A DNA stretch of 64,000 nucleotides from a virus: positions 1 to 64,000 of the IMG/VR virus record IMGVR_UViG_3300018432_000005; one strand, 5' to 3'. The notes beneath the pieces were generated by a model. The model ran no database searches. It saw only the letters and a list, made by a program, of their open reading frames with translations, and had not been told where the DNA came from. The translations under genes were made by a program, and so were the position numbers. How positions within the stretch are numbered: position 1 is the stretch's first letter; each line of letters opens with the position of its first letter. Shown here piece after piece: positions 20,138 to 30,413 of this stretch.

Positions 20138-21004
20138 ATGGCGATCAAACCGAAAGAGCGATACCCGGCGCAGATCGAGGTCAGCGATCCGGGCTATCCC
20201 TGGGGCAAGGCGCGCAACGTCGGGACGGCGGGCGACGGCTCGGGCACGCCTTGGACGGCTGCTGTAGCCAACGACATCTTCGGCTTTTTTCAGGCCCTCT
20301 TGCACGCAGGCGGCAACATCGAGCCGAGCGACGAACCCGACAAGCTCGGCGCATCGCAGTATCTCGATGCCATCCTCGCGATCATCGGGAGCGGCTTCAA
20401 CGTGCTTGCCGGCACGCTGTATCAGAAGGCGGCGTTTCTCAATAAGAACTACGCCTGGAGTGGCACGCACACGATCTACGCGCTGATCGCCGACTACTCG
20501 TTCAAGCTCGGCAGCAGCAGCGCGATCGAGACGGCCATGCCGCTTGCTGTCAGGACCATGGCGCCCCTGACATCCGCGCAAGCCCTTCGCTTCAACAACT
20601 CGATGGTCTGTTACTTCTCCATCGATCGTCTGTACGTGAAGAGCGACGGCGCAAACCCGATGGCCGTTCGCTTCAACGTGCGGATCCCGTCTGGCTGCGA
20701 GTTGCTCGACGTGATCGTGTCCGGCAAGCCGAACGCGGACCCCATCACCGTGACGCTTCATCGACTGACAAAGTCGATCCTCGTGGGCAACCCCGGCTCG
20801 CACACGGAATTGTCGCTGACTGTTGCGGCGACGATCACGGGCAGCGCGAACAACGTGACCGCGACCCTGCAGGTGCCCGAAGTCATCAACAACGCGACGA
20901 GCGAGTATTGGGTCGAGGTCAACGTCGGCAATGACGCTACGACGCTCGCTCATATCCACTTCGTCGAGCTGCATTGGGTTCCGAAGTTTCTGTCGGCGCG
21001 TTGA
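20138..21004 (+). CDS. Putative tail fibre / fibre-attachment protein
   Basis: N-terminal DGSGTPWTAAVANDIFGFFQALL...SQYLDAI fibre-anchor pattern; lower-GC C-terminus. Confidence 0.7.
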   Translation: MAIKPKERYPAQIEVSDPGYPWGKARNVGTAGDGSGTPWTAAVANDIFGFFQALLHAGGNIEPSDEPDKLGASQYLDAILAIIGSGFNVLAGTLYQKAAFLNKNYAWSGTHTIYALIADYSFKLGSSSAIETAMPLAVRTMAPLTSAQALRFNNSMVCYFSIDRLYVKSDGANPMAVRFNVRIPSGCELLDVIVSGKPNADPITVTLHRLTKSILVGNPGSHTELSLTVAATITGSANNVTATLQVPEVINNATSEYWVEVNVGNDATTLAHIHFVELHWVPKFLSAR

Positions 21005-21005
21005 G

Positions 21006-21233
21006 ATGAGACGCCGCGTCGGCCCTGATATCGTCAAGCGAGCCGAGCTCGTCGACACCGCGATGCGGCACTGTCACGTCGACGTCGACCGGTTGACCGG
21101 CGTCGCGCTGATCTTGCTGGGCGTCGAGTTGCTCGAAGACGACGGCCGCTCGCCTGACGACCTGCGCAACTTCTTCGAGAAGGTGCTCGCCGCAGCGCCG
21201 CGCGATGTTCGCGCGGACACGGCCGGTACTTAG
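21006..21233 (+). CDS. Hypothetical protein
   Basis: 75-aa ORF directly after the fibre gene. Confidence 0.5.
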   Translation: MRRRVGPDIVKRAELVDTAMRHCHVDVDRLTGVALILLGVELLEDDGRSPDDLRNFFEKVLAAAPRDVRADTAGT

Positions 21234-22024
21234 CGGCAGGTCTGCATGCGCAGTTGGGTCTTGCGGGGTGCGCCGCAGGTCCAGCTCGTCTCGCGGGTGT
21301 AGTCGAGCTCGACGCCAAAGAGCGCGACCTCGCCGCACTTGGGCGCAGTCAGCCACCAACCTTCGCGCGGGCCATCCCAGCGCGCGCGAAGCACCTCGTA
21401 ACACTCTTGCTGGTTGGGGTAGTCGCCCGCTTCCCAATCGAAGTTCGCAGGCGGACAGCGGTAGTCGTCGGGTGTGAAGGTCGGGCACTGCGCCACCTCG
21501 GTCACGAGCGCGGTCTCTACGCCGTCGCAGTCGAAGTCGAAGGAACCATCGCCGCGGTGCTCGCCGGATCCGCCGACGGGGCGACCGGGGTAGGCGCGCG
21601 CGTTGCCGTCGTAGCAGTCGCTACCGTTGGTGACGTAGCCGCTCGGCAGGGTCAGCGTGCACGACGCGAGCGCCGTCGCGGGGTCGCCAAAGCCGTCGCC
21701 GTCGCTGTCGCGGTAGATGAGGGTCTCGCAGCGCGGGCGCTCGTAGACGGGCAGCGAGCCGGCGTCGGGCACCACGGCTCCGGCGTCGTGCTCGAGCGCA
21801 GCGGCATCGGCGACGGCGCTGGCGTCGGCCGCGATGGTGCCGGCGTCGGCAGGCTGCTCGAGCACGGCGGCGTCGCCCTGGGCGAGCTCGCTGCCGGCGT
21901 CGCGTTCGACGGCAGGACGCGCGACGACGGCATCGCCCTCGACCGGCGCCGCGAGCTCGAGCTCGTCGTCGCAGCCAACAAGCACACACATCGCCAACAC
22001 GCACACCGTCAGACTTTTCAACAT
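21230..22024 (-). CDS. Lipoprotein with myxobacterial-type Cys/Asp metal-binding repeat (PF11617/MopE-related); moron
   Basis: Lipobox LVGC; DAG/DAA linker; YRDSDGDGFGDP..C..PSGYV.NG.DC.D.NA..YPG...DFDCDG; antisense to the tail operon. Confidence 0.8.
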   Translation of the reverse strand: MLKSLTVCVLAMCVLVGCDDELELAAPVEGDAVVARPAVERDAGSELAQGDAAVLEQPADAGTIAADASAVADAAALEHDAGAVVPDAGSLPVYERPRCETLIYRDSDGDGFGDPATALASCTLTLPSGYVTNGSDCYDGNARAYPGRPVGGSGEHRGDGSFDFDCDGVETALVTEVAQCPTFTPDDYRCPPANFDWEAGDYPNQQECYEVLRARWDGPREGWWLTAPKCGEVALFGVELDYTRETSWTCGAPRKTQLRMQTCR

Positions 22025-22084
22025 CGCTCGTTCGCCTCTGCCCGATCATATCGGACGGAAAGTGACGCAGCTTGAGAGGGGCGC

Positions 22085-22825
22085 ATGCTCTTTTTCCGCG
22101 TGCTGCAGCACCTACTGCCCCAGGCAACTGCGTGGCGGATCACGGTGCAGAAGACCTTACGGTCTTTCTTCGAGGGCCTCGCCGTCGCTCCGTCCGACGT
22201 GCGCGACTTTGCCGACGCAGCTTGGCTCGACATCTTCCCCACGACGACGCGTGAGCTTGACCGCTACGAGACGCAGTTCGGCCTGACGCCGGCTGCGACC
22301 GACGCCGCGCGCCGGCAGCAATACGCGGCCGCATGGAGCGCCCAGGGCGGGCAGTCGCCCAAGTACCTGCAGGACGTGGTGCGCGCGGCGGGCTTCGACG
22401 TGTACCTGCACGAGTGGTGGATCCCCGGCACGCAGCCGCCGACCAAGCGCGACCCGCGCGCCTACACGACGCTGCCCGAGATCGGTACCGTCCAGTGCGG
22501 CGAGCCGCTCGCCCAGTGCACCGAGCCCGACGCGCCGCAGCCCGACCCGTTGCCCGTTGGCGTCGAGGTCTGGGAGCTCTACCCGCAGTGCAACGAATGG
22601 CTCGTCAATGACCCCGGCTATCTGGTCAATCGCGACCTGACACGACGTGCGCCGCCACCGGTGCCGAGTGATCCCGCGCGCTGGCCTTACTTCGTCTACT
22701 GGTGCGGCGAGACGTTCGGTCAAAAGGCCAACGTCCCCGCAGCGCGCCGCGGAGAGTTCGAGCGCCTCTTGCTCAAGCTCTGCCCGGAATACGCCTGGAT
22801 CGTCATCTACGTCGACTACGTCTGA
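22085..22825 (+). CDS. Mu gp48 / DUF2313-like baseplate protein
   Basis: LQHLLPQATAW, LDRYETQFGL, GGQSPKYLQDV, FERLLLKLCP motifs. Confidence 0.8.
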   Translation: MLFFRVLQHLLPQATAWRITVQKTLRSFFEGLAVAPSDVRDFADAAWLDIFPTTTRELDRYETQFGLTPAATDAARRQQYAAAWSAQGGQSPKYLQDVVRAAGFDVYLHEWWIPGTQPPTKRDPRAYTTLPEIGTVQCGEPLAQCTEPDAPQPDPLPVGVEVWELYPQCNEWLVNDPGYLVNRDLTRRAPPPVPSDPARWPYFVYWCGETFGQKANVPAARRGEFERLLLKLCPEYAWIVIYVDYV

Positions 22826-22849
22826 ACGTCCGAGCGTTCGAGCGCTTGG
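22818..22849. repeat. 8-bp periodic array C (4 units)
   Basis: acgtctga acgtccga gcgttcga gcgcttgg. Confidence 0.7.
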
Positions 22850-22863
22850 GGAGGTTGTTGCAA

Positions 22864-23727
22864 ATGGACTATCAGATCGTGAAGTACGAGAGCGGCGTTG
22901 TGCCTGGTGCCAACGCGGATCCGTACGTGCTTTTCAACAGCCTCGTCTATCGCGGCCAGAACCGCCCCGTCCGCTTCACCGACTTCGCGCGCTACGTGCT
23001 GTCGATCAAGAACCCGGCAGCGGGCACGCTCCGCGCCTACGCACGCGACAATGGGTCGAGTTGGGAACAGTTCTGGGAAGTGGCAGTGCCTGCCGCGACC
23101 ATGCGCAACAACCTGATCGGCATCCCGATCGAGCCGCACGACGATGTGCGAATCGATTGGGTCAACGGCGGCGTAGCGCAGACCGGATGGTCGCTGACGC
23201 AGGCGCTTGACGACGGCCTCGTCGACCTTCGTCTGTTCTTCGCGGACAGCTCGGGCAACGCCGCGCCGACGACCATCATCAGCGGGCAACTGCCGACGTC
23301 GCTGGGGCAGAAGACCAGCGCGCAGAGTCTGAGCGTCGTCGAGGCAAGCGACAGCGCCGTGCGCAAGGCGGCGAGCCTGCGTGGCTGCGTGCGTGGCGAG
23401 ATTTTGGCGATCACCGTCGGGCTGAACAGTAAAACGTTCAACGTGCCGGCTGCGTGGAAAGGCTACCACGTTCGCATCCAGGCCGACGGCTGCGACCTCT
23501 ACTATCAGATCTCGACGACGAGCACGGCAGCCGTTGCAGACAAGAATGCGCGTGCGCAAGAGGTGAACAGCCCGATCGACCTGACCGCGAGTGCATCGGG
23601 GAACGGCTGCTTCAAGATCCCCAACGGGACGAGCTTCGACATTCCATTCCCCGCCAGCTCGACCACGTTCGCGCTGCAGGCCAGCGTCGACGCCAGCGTC
23701 GCGCGCGCGCACCTGGCGGAGTCCTAA
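22864..23727 (+). CDS. Hypothetical virion protein
   Basis: ATG after GGAGG; contains TSLGQKTSAQSLSVV segment. Confidence 0.65.
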   Translation: MDYQIVKYESGVVPGANADPYVLFNSLVYRGQNRPVRFTDFARYVLSIKNPAAGTLRAYARDNGSSWEQFWEVAVPAATMRNNLIGIPIEPHDDVRIDWVNGGVAQTGWSLTQALDDGLVDLRLFFADSSGNAAPTTIISGQLPTSLGQKTSAQSLSVVEASDSAVRKAASLRGCVRGEILAITVGLNSKTFNVPAAWKGYHVRIQADGCDLYYQISTTSTAAVADKNARAQEVNSPIDLTASASGNGCFKIPNGTSFDIPFPASSTTFALQASVDASVARAHLAES

Positions 23728-23730
23728 GCG

Positions 23731-26700
23731 ATGGGGCCGCTTCGTCGTCGACCAACAGACTGCGCGCCGTCGCTGTCGCCATGCGATCGCGCGTTCGACC
23801 GTCACCCTGCGCTCGCGCGTCGCGTAGGAGGCGGAGGCAACCGCGGCCGCGGCGGGCGGCGCGAACAGGCGCTAGTGGGGGTCACGAACTTTTCAGCCGG
23901 TAATCGGCTCGAGTCTGCGGGCGGCGAAGCGGGCGCCGTGACTGGTTTCGGCGTCGTGCTGCTCGGCAGGCTCGACCGCGTGGTCGCCGCCTACCGCGTG
24001 CTCTGTCGTCGTTACAACGGCGCCAACGGATACGCGATCGACATGCTCGCGAACAACGGGGCTTTCGCTTTCGCCGCGCTCGCCGATGACGGCACGCTCA
24101 AGCAAGCGCAGCGGTTCTTCGCGCAGTCCGACGTGGGGCGCATCGTGCTCTTCACGTGCCTGCTTCAAAACGGCGCGCTGCAGTTGTACGTGGGCCGCGA
24201 GCTCGTCGCGTCGACGCCCATCGTGGGCTATCGCGTGGCGACTGCAACGGCGAGCGGATTCGGTGCGGATGTTTCAGGCGTCACGCCCGCTGTAGACGCG
24301 ACGCTGATCGCGCACCTGACACTGCGCGGCACCCCGACGGCCGCCAACGTTGCCGCGTTTGCAGACGAAGTGCGTCTGACTGGCGACCTGCCCGAGAGCT
24401 TCCCCGGCGCGACGGTCACGCATAGACATAGCGTCAGAGACGAACTTCGCGACAAGCCCAACAACACGGGGCGTAAGACGCACGGGGCGCGCAACTTCAG
24501 CGCAGCGAATCACTTCGTCACCAACGCCGGGATGGTCGGTGCGGCGACGGGGTTCGCCGTCGCGATCGAGGGACGCTTCGATTCGATTCCGAGCGGCGCC
24601 AACGCGCGCATGTTCGGCAAGAGCAACTCTTTTAGCGCCGGCTGGCGGTTGTGCTGCATCAACGCTGCCTGGCAACTCAACGCGTTTGGCAACGCTGGTT
24701 CGGCGGACGAAAAAAACAGCCCGGCGTACACGGTCACAGCGGCCGACCTCGGTAGAAAGCGCCGCGCGCTCTTCGTTCACGATGGAACGAAGTTGCGGAC
24801 CTATGTCGAAGGCTACGGCCAGATCGGCGACGGCACAGCGATCACCGGATTCACGCCATCACCGGGCAGCCCGCAGTATTTCGGGCGCGACTTCGGCGGC
24901 GCAGAGGCGTCGGCCATGTCGCTCTTTGCGGCATGCACGGGACAAGTGGTGTTGTCGCCTGCGCAGGCGCTCGCCTACCTCGCGCAGTGCGAAGCAGCCG
25001 ACGCGCTCGTGCCGTTCGCCGGTGCTGAGCACTTCTACGATCTGACGCTCGACACCGGCAATGGAACGACTGTGTCGGCGACGATGACGGATCGGATCGG
25101 TACCGATCACATGGCGCGCGTGGGCGCGCTCGAGCTCGCGGTCGACATCGTCAAGGGACCCGCCGCGCCTGCGCAGATTACGGACACCGCCACGAAGGCG
25201 GGGGGCGATGCGCTTGTGGTCAAGGGAAAGCCCGAGATCGTCACGATCGACCCGTCTGTCGAGGGGCGGCGCACGCTGGGGGCGCAGGGTTTTTCGTCGT
25301 CGAGCTGCCTACGCACCGCGGACGGGGCGGGCATCCGTGGCGCCTCGACGGGCTTCCACATCCGAACCGTCGTGACCTTTGGCAGCCTCTCGGGTATCGA
25401 GTATTTCGCGAGTTGCGCGAACGCCTCGGCGACTAGGGGTTGGTCGTTTCTCAGGCTCAACGCAACGTTGTATGCCTATGCCGGCAACGACACGGCGGGG
25501 CAGTCGATCCGCACGCTGACCGCAGCCGACCTCAATATCCCGCACCTGCTCGAGCTCACGTACGACGGAGCAAAGATCGAGATGATCTACGACGGCGTGC
25601 CGTGTGGCGCCGCGACTGCGGGGTACACGCCCGTTGCCACGTCTCCCATGCTGATCGGCAACCTGACGGGGCTTGCCTATCCAGCCGCGTCAACGAGCGT
25701 GTATCTGCTCGAGGGCGGCAACTTCGCCAGCACGTTGGCCGAGACGCAAGCGGCTTACGCGTACTGGCAGCGCACCGGCAAGCTCGAACAGACCCCGAAG
25801 TCTGAGCACCTCTACGACCTGACTGCAGACATCGCCGCCAGCGGCGTCGATGCTGTGCCGGCGCAGGTGCCCGACCGCATCGGCACCGATCACCTGACGC
25901 GCGTAGGCCCTGATGTGCAGGTGGCGGGGAAGCGCGGGCTCGCGCTCTCGGCCAACGGCTACATGCGCGGCGCCCCGGGCACCACAACGGGGATCGCGGG
26001 CGCTCCTACCGCGCTCACCGTGTCCGTGCTGTGGCACGCGACGGCGAACATCCTCGCCTCGCACTACCTTGCTGCCAAGTGGGGGCCGGAAAGCGGGGGA
26101 CGAGGTTGGTTTATCGGCCGGTGGGGCGGAGCGGGATCAACAGGCGGGATTTACGTTCAACTGAACGGCACGCTGGTCGCCGCCTACGGTCTCCCAGCAA
26201 ATCTCATTGGTCAACTCATAGTGGTGTCGATCACGTACGACGGCACCAACCTACGGACCTATGTCGACGGTGCGCTCGTCAACACGAGCGCTGTCGCTAG
26301 CTACACGATCACGGATGCCGCCTTCACGGTGGGCACGCGCAGCGACGGCAACACATCGGGCGATGGTTCGTCGTTCTATGGTATCGACGGCGGCGCGTAC
26401 GTCGCCACGCAGGCCGAACTTGCCACGCAAGCGACTGCGAGCAAGGCTGCGGGGCGCGTGGTAGCCATCCCTGGCAAGAACGCCGATCGTCGATACAACT
26501 TCGACGAAGACGCAGTCGAGCAGGCGACGACACTGCCACTGCGCAGCATCAACCGTGCGAACGCGACCGATGATCCCCTTTTGCGCGTCGGCTCGGGTCT
26601 TACGCTCGCGCAGCGCACAGAGCGACTCTTCAGCTACGAGACGAGCCCCATCTGCACGTCTGTCGAAGATCTGTCGGTCGCCAACAACCTGCAGACTGCA

Positions 26701-27369
26701 GGTGGCCCGGTCGGGTCCGCTGCTGGTCTTCACTTCGGCATGCTGTGGCGCCCCACGCTGCAAAGTGGGTCCGCAACGCGCGTGCTGCTCGAGAAGATCA
26801 ACACTGGTTACCTCGGCGGGTACGACTTCTTTACGTCCGGTCTGCACTCGATCCTGCAGTGGCAGATCTTCACTGCTGCCGGCGTCGGGACCGTCGCCAC
26901 CGGGCTTACCATCACAGCAACAGACATCGGCAAACTGATGTTCGTTGCGGGCGTGCTCGAGCCTAGTGGCAGCGGCTGGACATCGAAGCTGTACGCCAAG
27001 CGCGCGCTTCAAGGCAGTGGCACCGCGATCGCCACGTACGCGCCGCCCACGCAGCCGCTGTTCGTTGGCGCGCGCGGCACGGGGGGCTTGCAGTTGCCCG
27101 CCACGAACAGCGGGATCTTGGGCATCGTCGGCGGCGACTGCGCGCTGACTGCGGCTGAATACTTCGCGCTGCATGACGCCGTCATGCACACCGAAGAGAT
27201 TCGCGGCATCGAAGGCAAGTCGAACTTTATGGTCAACTTCAAGCGCGATGCAGACGCGAACGGCGGCGTGCTGCCGGCGCAGTGCCTCGACCGTTTGGGC
27301 GCTGCGCACCTGACGCGCAACGGATCACCGATTGCAACGCCCGTCTACGCGCGGGCATGGAGCATCTGA
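23731..27369 (+). CDS. Large multi-LamG/concanavalin-A-like domain protein (putative adhesin)
   Basis: ~5 repeated beta-sandwich units (TYDGTNLRTYVDG, VHDGTKLRTYVEG, TYDGAKIEMIYDG) linked by DRIGTDHLTR-type repeats. Confidence 0.75.
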   Translation: MGPLRRRPTDCAPSLSPCDRAFDRHPALARRVGGGGNRGRGGRREQALVGVTNFSAGNRLESAGGEAGAVTGFGVVLLGRLDRVVAAYRVLCRRYNGANGYAIDMLANNGAFAFAALADDGTLKQAQRFFAQSDVGRIVLFTCLLQNGALQLYVGRELVASTPIVGYRVATATASGFGADVSGVTPAVDATLIAHLTLRGTPTAANVAAFADEVRLTGDLPESFPGATVTHRHSVRDELRDKPNNTGRKTHGARNFSAANHFVTNAGMVGAATGFAVAIEGRFDSIPSGANARMFGKSNSFSAGWRLCCINAAWQLNAFGNAGSADEKNSPAYTVTAADLGRKRRALFVHDGTKLRTYVEGYGQIGDGTAITGFTPSPGSPQYFGRDFGGAEASAMSLFAACTGQVVLSPAQALAYLAQCEAADALVPFAGAEHFYDLTLDTGNGTTVSATMTDRIGTDHMARVGALELAVDIVKGPAAPAQITDTATKAGGDALVVKGKPEIVTIDPSVEGRRTLGAQGFSSSSCLRTADGAGIRGASTGFHIRTVVTFGSLSGIEYFASCANASATRGWSFLRLNATLYAYAGNDTAGQSIRTLTAADLNIPHLLELTYDGAKIEMIYDGVPCGAATAGYTPVATSPMLIGNLTGLAYPAASTSVYLLEGGNFASTLAETQAAYAYWQRTGKLEQTPKSEHLYDLTADIAASGVDAVPAQVPDRIGTDHLTRVGPDVQVAGKRGLALSANGYMRGAPGTTTGIAGAPTALTVSVLWHATANILASHYLAAKWGPESGGRGWFIGRWGGAGSTGGIYVQLNGTLVAAYGLPANLIGQLIVVSITYDGTNLRTYVDGALVNTSAVASYTITDAAFTVGTRSDGNTSGDGSSFYGIDGGAYVATQAELATQATASKAAGRVVAIPGKNADRRYNFDEDAVEQATTLPLRSINRANATDDPLLRVGSGLTLAQRTERLFSYETSPICTSVEDLSVANNLQTAGGPVGSAAGLHFGMLWRPTLQSGSATRVLLEKINTGYLGGYDFFTSGLHSILQWQIFTAAGVGTVATGLTITATDIGKLMFVAGVLEPSGSGWTSKLYAKRALQGSGTAIATYAPPTQPLFVGARGTGGLQLPATNSGILGIVGGDCALTAAEYFALHDAVMHTEEIRGIEGKSNFMVNFKRDADANGGVLPAQCLDRLGAAHLTRNGSPIATPVYARAWSI

Positions 27370-27371
27370 CT

Positions 27372-27956
27372 ATGACGTTTGCGCGAATCCCTGACATTGA
27401 CCAATCACGCGTCGACTACTGGCGCGCACTCAATCACGACGCAGCCTCGACCGACACGGATCTGCCCGTCGAAGAGCGACGCGACCGCGCTGACGTCATC
27501 CCCGGTAGCTTCATCAAACGCGATGATGATCTGCTGCTGTATGACGCGATCCCGTACCGCGTGATCGGTCCGGGCCGCGGCGCATGGTGCGTGATCGGGT
27601 ACTACCCCGAATGGTTCGGCGACATGACGGTCGAACTCGAGTTCGTTGCCGAGACGGTCACCGACCGCGCGCCGGCCGACACAAACGAAGCACCCATGCC
27701 GGTGTTCCCTGCGCCGATCCTCTTGCGTACGGCGGGCGGGCAGCGCGCAAACCCTAGTGCAGCGACGACCGCAGAGCGCAAGCGAGCGAAGCGTCGCGAC
27801 CTTCACGCGTTCATCGCCAAGCAGAAGCCCAGTGTGCAGGCACAACTTCGCGCAGCACTTGCTCGCGCGGGCGTACTGGACAGCCCCAAGCCTCGCCCCT
27901 GGATCTGCCGCCTCTGGCTGCGTCTCGTGCGCGGCATCGAGCGCACGCCGTACTGA
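27372..27956 (+). CDS. Hypothetical protein
   Basis: ATG just after the previous stop. Confidence 0.55.
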   Translation: MTFARIPDIDQSRVDYWRALNHDAASTDTDLPVEERRDRADVIPGSFIKRDDDLLLYDAIPYRVIGPGRGAWCVIGYYPEWFGDMTVELEFVAETVTDRAPADTNEAPMPVFPAPILLRTAGGQRANPSAATTAERKRAKRRDLHAFIAKQKPSVQAQLRAALARAGVLDSPKPRPWICRLWLRLVRGIERTPY

Positions 27957-28591
27957 TGCAGCTCGGGAATGCGGCGGCGATCGGCTTTTGGACCGGCGCC
28001 GCATCCCTGTTCGCGCTGTTCTGCGGCTGGCTGTCACGACGCGCGACGAAGAAGTGGCAGGCCGAAGACGCGCGGGAGGAAGCGCAGCGCGCGGTCGACA
28101 CGGCTGCTCGAGCGGCGGCCGCGCTGCCTCCGCCCGCCGCGGCCGCCGCACTCCCGCCAGCCATGGAACTGACCGTCACGCGGATGGCGCTGCAGCGCGC
28201 GCAGTTGCGCGTCGAAGAACTGCAGCTCGCCATCGCGCGCGTTCGGCACACGGCCGAAGAAGACCTACGCCGCCAGCGCAAAGCGATGGACGGCCTCTTG
28301 CTCGAAGACGACCGCAAGTCGCAGGCGATCAACGCCGGCCGCGCACGCGAGGAAGCGATGCGCGACGAGCTCGCCACGCTGCGCAAGCAACTCACCACCG
28401 GGGGGACTTATGTTGACCGACCTGACGCCCGACGACGCCCAGTCATTGAGCGCGGCAGTGATGCTCGCGATCGGCGCGCTGTTCAGCCTGATCCTCGTGT
28501 TCGGCCTACGCCTGGCGCGCAAGGCGACCAAGCAGTTCGAGGTAGCCACGGGGATCAAGCTGACCGAGGCCCAGCACCGCACGATCGATGA
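27956..28591 (+). CDS. Membrane-anchored coiled-coil protein (lysis cluster); 3' end uncertain
   Basis: N-terminal TM helix then coiled coil; last ~60 codons overlap the next gene. Confidence 0.55.
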   Translation: MQLGNAAAIGFWTGAASLFALFCGWLSRRATKKWQAEDAREEAQRAVDTAARAAAALPPPAAAAALPPAMELTVTRMALQRAQLRVEELQLAIARVRHTAEEDLRRQRKAMDGLLLEDDRKSQAINAGRAREEAMRDELATLRKQLTTGGTYVDRPDARRRPVIERGSDARDRRAVQPDPRVRPTPGAQGDQAVRGSHGDQADRGPAPHDR

Positions 28592-28961
28592 CGTGGTGAC
28601 CAAGGGCATCCACCTCGCCCAGGAGCACGCCCGCAAGGTCGCACGCGGTCTGCTGACGAGCGCGAGCGTCACGCCGCAGGACAAGCTCGAGATCGCGAAG
28701 TCGGCCGCGCGCAGCCTCGCCCCGAAAGCACTGGCCGAGGTCAGCGAAGACCAACTCGAGATCCTGATCGAGGCCAAGCTCGCCAGCATGCGCCCCCCGC
28801 CTGACCCCTCGGCGCGGCGCCTGCAACCCTCGTCACCGGCTCCGCGCCACAGCATCCCGCCCCCCGGCGCCATCCCCTACTACGAGCACGGGCACGCGCC
28901 CTTCAGCCCCAGCGCGGCAACGCCTGTCCCAGGTCGAAGCCGTCGACCGCAAGACGTCTGA
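28410..28961 (+). CDS. Putative holin (LL-H-like)
   Basis: One N-terminal TM helix; VTKGIHLAQE...QDKLEIAK...QLEILIEAKL pattern. Confidence 0.6.
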   Translation: MLTDLTPDDAQSLSAAVMLAIGALFSLILVFGLRLARKATKQFEVATGIKLTEAQHRTIDDVVTKGIHLAQEHARKVARGLLTSASVTPQDKLEIAKSAARSLAPKALAEVSEDQLEILIEAKLASMRPPPDPSARRLQPSSPAPRHSIPPPGAIPYYEHGHAPFSPSAATPVPGRSRRPQDV

Positions 28962-29017
28962 ACATCTAACCGTCTGCCTGTCTCAACGTTCTACCGTTCA
29001 ACCGTCCGAACGTTTGG
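28954..29017. repeat. 8-bp periodic array D (8 units)
   Basis: acgtctga acatctaa ccgtctgc ctgtctca acgttcta ccgttcaa ccgtccga acgtttgg. Confidence 0.85.
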
Positions 29018-29035
29018 ACGGTTCGAGGTGTTGCC

Positions 29036-29437
29036 ATGTTCCTACGTCTCGCCATGATGCTCGCGCTGTTCCTGATCACGTGCTGCGTGCCCGGCTCGAG
29101 CTCGACGGCGGAGCTCCGCGCCCGCACCGCCCTCAACGCCCTCGCCGACGTCGTCGACCCCGCTTACGACCTGGCGATGCTCGGCTGCCGGGACCTCGAA
29201 GACCGCGTGATGCGCGAGGGCGAGGCGGGCCAGCGCAGCGCGGTCAGCACAGAGACCACCATCGCGGCGATCAGCCAGCGCTGTCACAAGGTGCGCAGCG
29301 CGTTCGACGAGCTCCGCGCCTACCACGAACAGGCCGTGCAACTCGTGATGCGCGGCGACTACGAGCAGGCCCTCGCCATCCTGCAGCAGACGCGCGAGGC
29401 GTGGCAGACGCTGCGCGAAAGGACCATCGACCCATGA
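29036..29437 (+). CDS. Putative secreted/lipoprotein (possible spanin-like function)
   Basis: Signal peptide with Cys (FLITCC); helical body; GAGG RBS. Confidence 0.55.
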   Translation: MFLRLAMMLALFLITCCVPGSSSTAELRARTALNALADVVDPAYDLAMLGCRDLEDRVMREGEAGQRSAVSTETTIAAISQRCHKVRSAFDELRAYHEQAVQLVMRGDYEQALAILQQTREAWQTLRERTIDP

Positions 29438-29709
29438 GCAAGCTAGCGAAACTCGACTGGCTCAAGTTCTTCGCGCTGCTGCTGCCCGAGTTGCGTGCGC
29501 TCGCCCGCAAGCTGTACGAGCGGCACGGCGGCGACTTGAAGGAGGCAATCGTCGAGCTCAAGCACATCGGCGATCACGGCAAGCAGCTGGTCCTATTCGA
29601 GCAGGAGTTGCAGCGCCGTATGGCCGAGCTCAAAGCCCGCAGCGCTGCACGAGACGCAGAGCGCGCGGCCGCGACCGCATTCGCCAAGCGTGACGAGGGC
29701 GGCGAATGA
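29434..29709 (+). CDS. Hypothetical protein
   Basis: MSKLAKLDWLKFFALLLPEL; ATGA overlaps at both ends. Confidence 0.6.
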   Translation: MSKLAKLDWLKFFALLLPELRALARKLYERHGGDLKEAIVELKHIGDHGKQLVLFEQELQRRMAELKARSAARDAERAAATAFAKRDEGGE

Positions 29710-30413
29710 AGATGCTCGTCTTCGTGCCCGACCAAGACACACCGGGTAAGCGCGACGTGTCGGGCGCGTTCCTGCCCGAAGCTCGAGCTTTCGCCCGCTA
29801 CCACCTCGCCGCCCCCGAAGACGTGATCAAGCGCTTCCCAGCAAACGCGCCGCTCGAGCAGCGCCGCGCAACCTGCACGCTCGCGATCAAGACGGCGGCC
29901 GCGCCGCTCGATGTCATCGCGTTCTTCTGCCACGGCTGGCGGGCCGGCATTCAAGCGGGCTTCATGCGTCAGCACAACCTGCTATTGGCGAGGCTGCTGC
30001 GCGTGCATGCCAAGCCCGATGCGCACGTGCTGTTCTACGCGTGCGACACCGGACGCGATGAAGACGCGCTGACCGCGGACGACCGCGAGCCCGGCCCAGG
30101 TGGCGACGGCGGCTTCGCGGACGGCGTGCGCGATGCGTGCGAAGCCCTCGGCATGCGCGTCACGGTGCTCGGCCATACTACTGCCGGGCATTGTACAGAG
30201 AATGCTCACGCGCGGTACTTCGCGCCGGGCTGCGGAGGCAAGGGCGGGCATTGGTACGTCGAGCCGGGCAGCGCGTTGTGGCCCATGTGGCGCGCTGCGC
30301 TGCGTGACCCGCGATCGAACCTGCGCTATCGGTTTTGGGAGATGACCCCCGATGAGATCGCGGCCGAGCTCCGCGGCCCTGCAGCACCACCCCCCGCCCC
30401 GCTAGTCGCGTGA
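29706..30413 (+). CDS. Putative His-Cys peptidase (caspase-like / DUF4347-like fold)
   Basis: IAFFCHGW and VLFYACDTG motifs. Confidence 0.5.
   Translation: MKMLVFVPDQDTPGKRDVSGAFLPEARAFARYHLAAPEDVIKRFPANAPLEQRRATCTLAIKTAAAPLDVIAFFCHGWRAGIQAGFMRQHNLLLARLLRVHAKPDAHVLFYACDTGRDEDALTADDREPGPGGDGGFADGVRDACEALGMRVTVLGHTTAGHCTENAHARYFAPGCGGKGGHWYVEPGSALWPMWRAALRDPRSNLRYRFWEMTPDEIAAELRGPAAPPPAPLVA

Noticed and set aside
16271-27369. Diversity-generating retroelement or invertible tail-fibre switch
   Set aside because: No reverse transcriptase, invertase, or adenine-specific TR/VR pair was seen.
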